In this document: one piece after another, positions 47,240 through 52,885 of the stretch
Layout of the letters: each line of letters begins with the position of its first letter
Position numbering within the stretch: position 1 is the first letter of the stretch
DNA from: an uncultured Pseudomonadales bacterium
GTDB lineage: Bacteria; Patescibacteriota; Microgenomatia; UBA1400; UBA1396
DNA: 52,885 nt
Direction: 5' to 3'
Assembly: GCA_964598125.1 (NCBI GenBank)
Contig: CAZRAG010000003.1
Coordinates: 1-52,885 of the forward strand
Made by a program: the position numbers and the translations under genes
The notes under the pieces: model-generated
What the model was told of the DNA's origin: nothing
Seen by the model: the letters and a program-made list of their open reading frames with translations, nothing else
Databases searched by the model: none

Positions 47240-48193
47240 ATGATTGAAGAATCAAAACAAATAACCATTGGCTTTTGCGGAACAGGCGAATATTCAGTAG
47301 TGTGTGCTCAAGCGCTTCACGCCCACCCGCATTTCAAAGTTGCTTGGATAATTACCCCGCCACCAAAGCCAGTAGGGAGAAAAAAGATAATTACTCCTAC
47401 ACCGCTTGATAGTTGGGCGAGCTACCATCATATTCCTGTGATGCATGTTGAGACAAATCTCACTGATTTGAAGGAAAAAATTGCCGAACTGCCAGTTATC
47501 GACTATTTATTGGTAGTCTCATTTGGTTATCTCATTCCCCCTTGGCTCCTTCAACTGCCAAAAATTGGAGCTGTCAATGTCCATCCCTCACAACTCCCCA
47601 AGTATCGCGGGAGTTCCCCAGGACAATTTGCTCTTTTATACGGTGAAGATGAGTCTGCTGTCAGCATCATGCTCATGAACACAAAATTTGATCAAGGTGC
47701 GATTATCAAGCAACTGCCTTTTTCTCTTTCACCTCTGGAGAATCAAGAAAGTTACTATCAAAAAGCCTTTGCTCTCGCTCAGGAAAATTTGCCGCAAATA
47801 CTGCAAGAGTATGCGGTAAGCCGCCACAGTACTCCACAAAGTATGGCTGATCTTGCTCCACTCGCTCGCCGCTTACAACGTGAGGATGGTTTTATTCCCC
47901 AAGCTCTTATCCAGGCTGGACAAAAAGGTGAACTTGTACTTAAAGAAGAATGGATTCCCCAACTTGGTCCCGCTCTTCAAGAATTGGTCAGTGCCCAACG
48001 ATATTTGTCGCCTGCTCAGCTTATTGATCGAGCACTTCGCGCTTTCACACCCTGGCCAGGAATTTGGTCTCTGAGTCCAGAATACAAGGGGAAAAAGGAT
48101 GTTCGCGTCAAAATCTTGGCTGGTTCGCTCAATGGTCAGCACTTCCGATTATTACAAGTTCAGTACGAAGGGGAAGCTCCGCAACAAGCGTAA
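47240..48193 (+). CDS. fmt: Methionyl-tRNA formyltransferase
   Basis: ITPPPKPVGR, VSFG, NVHPSQLPKYRGSSP, PWPG. Confidence 0.93.
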   Translation: MIEESKQITIGFCGTGEYSVVCAQALHAHPHFKVAWIITPPPKPVGRKKIITPTPLDSWASYHHIPVMHVETNLTDLKEKIAELPVIDYLLVVSFGYLIPPWLLQLPKIGAVNVHPSQLPKYRGSSPGQFALLYGEDESAVSIMLMNTKFDQGAIIKQLPFSLSPLENQESYYQKAFALAQENLPQILQEYAVSRHSTPQSMADLAPLARRLQREDGFIPQALIQAGQKGELVLKEEWIPQLGPALQELVSAQRYLSPAQLIDRALRAFTPWPGIWSLSPEYKGKKDVRVKILAGSLNGQHFRLLQVQYEGEAPQQA

Positions 48194-48262
48194 CGCAAGC
48201 GGATGTTTCCGAAAAAAGTCAATTCATTTAACAAAAGATCTGTGAAGTCGATAAAAGCAAAG

Positions 48263-48559
48263 TTACTCGGTAACGGAGGTAACCTTGTGATAGGTTCGCA
48301 TATCGCGGGCTGATAAGCGAATACTGATGGAACGACCACCAATATCAACCTTCAGGTTCTGCATGTTGGGCATACGCAGACGGCGAACTCTGTTCTTAGC
48401 GTGAGAAACATCATGACCAAAATCAATGCTTTTAATAGCTGGTACCAAAACATGAGAATCCCCAGCTGGCACAACAGCGGCTTTTTTGATTTTGACAGAT
48501 TCAAGAGCACTCTGGTGAGCAGTGCTATTCTTCTTGACAATAGTGTAAACGCGATACAT
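48263..48559 (-). CDS. rpmB: 50S ribosomal protein bL28 (Cys-less, with insertion)
   Basis: GHDVSHAKNRVRRLRMPNMQ...IRLSARDMRT matches the L28 core; TGgTATACT 9 nt before ATG 48559. Confidence 0.82.
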   Translation of the reverse strand: MYRVYTIVKKNSTAHQSALESVKIKKAAVVPAGDSHVLVPAIKSIDFGHDVSHAKNRVRRLRMPNMQNLKVDIGGRSISIRLSARDMRTYHKVTSVTE

Positions 48560-48699
48560 AGAGGCGTTAGTATACCACGGGTCTTGAGAAATACAATGAA
48601 AAACAGACATCAAGTGTTTCGTCGAATTCAGCTCCCTTCTAAGAGCTGTTTTCCCCGTAAGTTACCATTTGGAATGCTACTGAATGCTAGAATGATGGC

Positions 48700-49344
48700 A
48701 TGTTGAATGTACTTTTCAGTAGTCCCCTGGCTTTTCTCTTGTTAGCTTTTGCCCTTGTGATTTCTTTGACGATTCATGAATTTGCCCACGCTTGGGTCGC
48801 TGACCGACTCGGCGACCCCACGCCTCGTTCCCAAGGACGAGTGACGCTCAACCCTTTAGCACACCTTGATCCTTTGGGAACACTCATGCTCTTTTTCGCG
48901 GGGTTTGGCTGGGGAAAACCCGTTCAGTTTGATCCATACAACCTGAGAAACCAACAGCGCGATACCATGCTGATTGCTTTGGCCGGTCCTGCCTCCAATA
49001 TTATTTTGGCTTTTCTGGTTGCGCTGGCTCTCCCAGTTTTGCCTTTTGCCTCGGTTATTTGGATGGTCATTATTACCATTAATATTGCCTTAGCAACTTT
49101 TAATTTGCTTCCCATTCACCCTTTGGATGGCAGCAAAATATTGTCTGGTCTCTTACCCATTCAATATGCCAGAGAATATAACGACGTCATGCAACGCTAT
49201 GGATTCATTATTTTGTTAGCACTGATTTTTCTTCCGGTTGATGGTGGTTCACCCATCGACTACCTCATTCGCCCACTCATGGATGGCTTTTTGGCAGGGA
49301 TATTTGCTGTCACCCAATTCATTCAGGCATCACTGGGTATTTGA
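48700..49344 (+). CDS. Site-2 protease (M50, YwhC-like)
   Basis: [43 protein letters not shown]. Confidence 0.92.
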   Translation: MLNVLFSSPLAFLLLAFALVISLTIHEFAHAWVADRLGDPTPRSQGRVTLNPLAHLDPLGTLMLFFAGFGWGKPVQFDPYNLRNQQRDTMLIALAGPASNIILAFLVALALPVLPFASVIWMVIITINIALATFNLLPIHPLDGSKILSGLLPIQYAREYNDVMQRYGFIILLALIFLPVDGGSPIDYLIRPLMDGFLAGIFAVTQFIQASLGI

Positions 49345-49361
49345 GTACAGAAAGAGTTCGA

Positions 49362-49673
49362 CTACTTCTTGTCCGCTTCCAGTTGCTTTGCTTCTATTGC
49401 TTGAAAGGTCTGATTGCGGAAAAATTCATAACGATCTTGAAGGAAGTCAACCTTGAAATGAAGTTCATCAATTTGACGCTTTTGCTTAGCCATAAGCAGG
49501 AACATGGCAGCTATTAGAGATACCATAATCACCAAAACAATCGCGTGGAGTTCCTTCATGCTCTCAATTTGCGTACGTAACTTGAGATAACGGCTTTCTT
49601 GACTCACCTTTGATTTGGGGCTAACAGCCTTACTAGCAGTTTTTTTTGTCTTGGGGGCAGTTTTTGCAGGCAT
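49362..49673 (-). CDS. Small single-TM coiled-coil protein
   Basis: Basic N-terminus, one TM, coiled coil; AAGGAG SD. Confidence 0.75.
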   Translation of the reverse strand: MPAKTAPKTKKTASKAVSPKSKVSQESRYLKLRTQIESMKELHAIVLVIMVSLIAAMFLLMAKQKRQIDELHFKVDFLQDRYEFFRNQTFQAIEAKQLEADKK

Positions 49674-49814
49674 GGCTCTCCTTCATTAGATGTGCTTTTA
49701 CGTTAGCAGGAGTTACCGGGAAAATAAAGAATTAAGTTCATAGTTTCGTATAAATGGCGAATGAAAGACGTAACAAAAGTGACGAGTTCATAAAAAGGGA
49801 TGAAATATGTTTTT

Positions 49815-49848
49815 GAGCGCTTTGAGCTTTAGCTCACCGCTGTAGTGA
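49815..49848 (-). ncRNA. Repeated structured RNA motif, copy 3' of tRNA-Thr
   Basis: TCACTACAGCG-G-TGAGC-TAAA-GCTCA-AAGCGCTC. Confidence 0.7.
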
Positions 49849-49866
49849 AAAAAAGAAATTTTTTAG

Positions 49867-49938
49867 AGCCCTCGCTGGGATTTGAACCCAGGACCTCATT
49901 CTTACCAAGAATGCGCTCTACCCCTGAGCTACGAAGGC
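49867..49938 (-). tRNA. tRNA-Thr(GGT)
   Basis: Acceptor GCCTTCG/CGAGGGC, anticodon arm CATTC-TTGGTAA-GAATG, T-loop TTCAAAT; CCA not encoded. Confidence 0.97.
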
Positions 49939-50020
49939 ACTTGTTTTAATTCAGAGCTTCCAAAAACCCTGACAACGGATGGATTGTACCAAATTTCGCA
50001 AGTCGTTGCTCGGGGATTTA

Positions 50021-50503
50021 TCAGCGAATAATTTCCTCGAGTGGAACTCTGATACTAGCCTGCTGCACTCGCGCCGCCTTTTGTTCGTAGAGTAATCGCT
50101 GTTCGCGATCAATTTCTTTCCCAGGAATCTTAAACTGGGGTCTCGTTAATGGGGCGTCTCGCTCGAATAGAACTCGGCGAAAAGTATCCGCTCCAAGATT
50201 ATTTGCCATGCCAACTTCATACCCTTTTTCAGTCAGCCAGGACATGGTTAAGGCGTTCATAAAAATTATGGCCATCTCGCGAGACGAAAACTCGGCACTT
50301 TTTATAGTTGAAGCTTGAATTCTGTTATGGGGATCTGTCTCCTCACCCAGCCATGCTAACCAATACTTCTGAGGAGAAAAGATGAAAGCTACTGAAAAAA
50401 CGTTTTCAAAGCGAGACAGTTCGACCTGGGTGTCGCGGTCAACTCTATAGATAGCGAGATTAATAATTGGTGCTTCTGGAGTGCGCCCTTTTTTTTTGGC
50501 CAT
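50021..50503 (-). CDS. Hypothetical protein (160 aa)
   Basis: GAGGAG SD before ATG 50503. Confidence 0.7.
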   Translation of the reverse strand: MAKKKGRTPEAPIINLAIYRVDRDTQVELSRFENVFSVAFIFSPQKYWLAWLGEETDPHNRIQASTIKSAEFSSREMAIIFMNALTMSWLTEKGYEVGMANNLGADTFRRVLFERDAPLTRPQFKIPGKEIDREQRLLYEQKAARVQQASIRVPLEEIIR

Positions 50504-50515
50504 TTCGCTCTCCTC

Positions 50516-50665
50516 AAAAAAATTACCCGTCGGCATGTCGAGATCACTGTCTCCTGGAAACTCCAGGTGGGTGGACGGCCAACAACCCTCGAGCTGCTCG
50601 CACGGCTCCTCCCTTTACAGCTGCTATCGAGGCAGTTTTTCGTCTCGACAGGCATGGACGGGTAA
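50516..50665 (-). ncRNA. Orphan structured RNA or leader (about 145 nt)
   Basis: Ends pair (TTACCCGTC/GACGGGTAA, TGTCGAGA/TCTCGACA); internal hairpins; extended -10 upstream; T7 downstream. Confidence 0.6.
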
Positions 50666-50883
50666 CACATTCATCTTAGCATGTTTTACGGGTCGTCAAC
50701 TCCCTTCGCCTACCCTGGATACCAGAGGTGATGGCGTGAAATTTTCCGACATATTTCTTACGAATCTCCAGCACAAGTCACCAGGAGACACGTCGCCAGA
50801 TAATGCGACTCGTTGGGCTTTCCATAGACATGGCAAAATGTCAGCCCAAAGGTCTCATGTTGACTTCTGCTTTCGAAAACTGG

Positions 50884-51765
50884 TTACAGCTGTTGCTCGC
50901 GCATCCAGGACTTCAGCTCTGGACCAATCTTGCTTTCCATACCGAGTTCAATCACTGTCTTGAGGTACTCCAACACGTTTCCGCAGTCGTAGTAGCGACC
51001 ACCCTTAATGGGTACGGCATGAACTTGTTGACCTTGCTCACGCAAAATATTTATGGCATCAATATAAACAAGTTCTTTTCCTTCAGCTCTTCGGCGGTTC
51101 GCTTCTTCAATAGCATCAAAAATGTCAGGGTTGTACACCTGCCCAGACACAATCGCCAAATCTGAAGGAGATTCCTCTTTCCCAGGCTTTTCAATAAGGT
51201 CCTCGACCCGAATGGCGCCATCTTCCAGTACCTCACCACTGGCAAAACCATAGCGATCATAATCTTCATCTCGTCGAGCGGTTACGCCACCCAAAATAAC
51301 GGTTCCGTATTTTTCGTACGCTGCAATGAGTTGTTTTGCGCGGGACGGAGTCGCTTTAATAAAATCATCTCCCCAAAAAACTAAGAACGGCTCATTCCCA
51401 ATAATTTCACGGGCATTCCAAATGGGAGTGGCATTGCCTTTGGGACCTTTCTGACGCAAGTAGTAAAAGTTAGCCAAGTTACTAATGCGCTCGACTTCTT
51501 CTAACCGGTCCATTTTCCCACCCTTTTCTAGCTCAGTCTCCAGCTCAAAATTGTGGTCAAAATGGTCTTCAATGCTGCGTTTATGGTATCCGGTAACAAT
51601 AATGATTTCGGTGATGCCTGCTTCAACCAATTCTTCCACCACAATCTGAATGACTGGCTTATCAACAATCGGAAGCATTTCCTTGGGCATGGCCTTGGTC
51701 TGAGGAAGAAAACGAGTTCCAAATCCCGCAGCGGGGATTACGGCTTTTCGCACTTTTTGTAGCAT
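50884..51765 (-). CDS. galU: UTP--glucose-1-phosphate uridylyltransferase
   Basis: KAVIPAAGFGTRFLPQTKAMPKEMLPIVDKP, EDHFD, EKP, YDCG. Confidence 0.95.
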   Translation of the reverse strand: MLQKVRKAVIPAAGFGTRFLPQTKAMPKEMLPIVDKPVIQIVVEELVEAGITEIIIVTGYHKRSIEDHFDHNFELETELEKGGKMDRLEEVERISNLANFYYLRQKGPKGNATPIWNAREIIGNEPFLVFWGDDFIKATPSRAKQLIAAYEKYGTVILGGVTARRDEDYDRYGFASGEVLEDGAIRVEDLIEKPGKEESPSDLAIVSGQVYNPDIFDAIEEANRRRAEGKELVYIDAINILREQGQQVHAVPIKGGRYYDCGNVLEYLKTVIELGMESKIGPELKSWMREQQL

Positions 51766-51882
51766 TCGCCTCCTTTATTTACTTGGTTTGCGACTTTTCT
51801 CTTGTCTGACAGTAACCTTGATCTTGCCGACTTGGCAAATAGGCCTGAGAACTCTAATATAGCATGCTAAAATAAAGCCCTC

Positions 51883-52086
51883 ATGAACTGGAAAAATATT
51901 CTGAGCGAAATTCGAGCGTACCCTGCTGGAGTACTTGAGGAGCTGCATAAAGTGGATTGGCCAACCCGCCAAGAAGCGACGCGCCTCAGTCTCATTGCCG
52001 GGTCAGTTATCCTCGTTGCCACGTTGTACGTGGCCGGCTTGGACCTTGTTTTTAGTCAGATAATCCAGCTTTTGATAACTCAGTAA
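51883..52086 (+). CDS. secE: Preprotein translocase subunit SecE
   Basis: ELHKVDWPTRQE plus TM; upstream of nusG. Confidence 0.93.
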   Translation: MNWKNILSEIRAYPAGVLEELHKVDWPTRQEATRLSLIAGSVILVATLYVAGLDLVFSQIIQLLITQ

Positions 52087-52105
52087 ATTGAAAAAAAGGA
52101 ACATC

Positions 52106-52738
52106 ATGGCAGATCAAAACCAAAATATTCAGGCTCCCCAAGAGCAAGAAGTTGTTACTTCTAATCCAAATCACATTATTGTTACTGACATTTCTGAAGA
52201 AGAAAAGCGCAAAAAAGGTGCTAAGTGGTACGTCCTCCACACCTATGCTGGTCACGAAAACAAGGTCGCCGAGACCTTACAGCAGCGTATCGACACTATG
52301 AGTCTGGAAGGTGAAATTTTTGAATTCCTTATTCCTACCCAGGAAAAGATCCGCGTCCGTCGTGGTCAACGGGAAACCATTAAAGAAAAGATTTTCCCTG
52401 GCTACATGCTGATTCGCATGAAGGTCACGGATGCTTCTTGGCTGGCTGTTCGCACCACCCAAGGAGTAACTGGTTTTGTTGGTGTAGGTAATAAGCCCAC
52501 TCCATTACCAAAGCATGAAGTTGAAGCCATTCAGAAGTTCATGAGTCAAGGTGCTCCCAGTTACAAAGCTGATTTCACCGTTGGCGAGGCTGTCAAGATT
52601 GTGGATGGACCTTTCAACGAATTCATCGGTTCGGTGGAATCCATCGACGTCGAAAAAGGTCAAGTTACTGTTTTAGTCTCCATTTTTGGTCGTGAAACTC
52701 CGGTCGAACTCGACTTCTTGCAGGTCAGCAAATTATAA
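52106..52738 (+). CDS. nusG: Transcription antitermination factor NusG
   Basis: WYVLHTYAGHE, IFPGYM, VTGFVG, KOW GEAVKIVDGPF, SIFGRETPVEL. Confidence 0.97.
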   Translation: MADQNQNIQAPQEQEVVTSNPNHIIVTDISEEEKRKKGAKWYVLHTYAGHENKVAETLQQRIDTMSLEGEIFEFLIPTQEKIRVRRGQRETIKEKIFPGYMLIRMKVTDASWLAVRTTQGVTGFVGVGNKPTPLPKHEVEAIQKFMSQGAPSYKADFTVGEAVKIVDGPFNEFIGSVESIDVEKGQVTVLVSIFGRETPVELDFLQVSKL

Positions 52739-52749
52739 AATAACAACTT

Positions 52750-52797
52750 TTTTCCTTCACTACGGCGGTGAGCTAAAGCTCAAAGCGTTCAGGAAAA
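52750..52797 (+). ncRNA. Repeated structured RNA motif, copy 3' of nusG
   Basis: TTTTCCT-TCACTACGGCG-G-TGAGC-TAAA-GCTCA-AAGCGTTC-AGGAAAA. Confidence 0.7.
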
Positions 52798-52885
52798 GAT
52801 TGTTATTTTATAGATGTGGTACAATAATCGGACCTCAAACCTGAGGAAGCGATAACGCGACATACGCTCTGGCCAGCATTCAGCC

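Noticed and set aside
50693-50701. AGTTGACGA resembling part of the glmS ribozyme core near galU
   Set aside because: The upstream AGCGCC cleavage element and following GAGG are absent; better explained as a -35-like TTGACG.
51775-51972. Small ORF near secE considered as rpmG (bL33)
   Set aside because: No L33 signature (no C/T-x-x-C...YxTxKN, no K(Y/F)CP); overlaps secE antisense.
52826-52885. Hairpin CCTCA/TGAGG after a TGgTACAAT promoter, possibly an rplK/L1 leader
   Set aside because: Truncated by the window edge; the downstream gene is not visible.

Overview
Bacterial chromosomal segment that looks like Patescibacteria/CPR, probably Microgenomates-like. This is inferred from gene repertoire: archaeal/eukaryote-type ProRS, short EF-Ts, truncated YebC, and many membrane/TPR hypotheticals. 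TGA is used as a stop, so genetic code 11. It holds about 60 CDS, two tRNAs (Leu-CAA, Thr-GGT), and no CRISPR array, transposase or prophage that I can support. Housekeeping content: Xer-type recombinase (partial, left edge, missing from the ORF track), tgt/queA, lgt-dksA-lspA, dnaB, translation genes (rpmE, prfA, ybeY, rpsU, proS, frr, tsf, rpsB, def, fmt, a cryptic rpmB, secE, nusG), a large thymidylate/one-carbon cluster (folD, nfo, glyA, tmk, MazG-like, dut, folA, cytidylyltransferase, dCMP deaminase, HIT, thyA), topA-dprA, and mreB-like/mreC/mreD/mrdA. The most interesting signals are non-coding. (1) A four-copy structured RNA motif with covarying stems lies just 3' of both tRNAs and nusG. 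(2) A 55-nt long-range inverted repeat loops out the whole glyA ORF and pairs the tmk stop codon with the putative nfo start codon. (3) A symmetric dif-like site lies about 1 kb from the Xer gene, with two perfect half-sites in the xer promoter. (4) A proS T-box riboswitch has a non-canonical stem I. (5) AGGG-N5-CCCT palindromes occur in pairs at promoters. (6) Tandem NrdR-like boxes precede an unusual MazG-like protein. (7) A closed ~145-nt orphan RNA and a leader-peptide attenuator each precede an unknown gene. All structures were read by eye; no folding program or database search was run.
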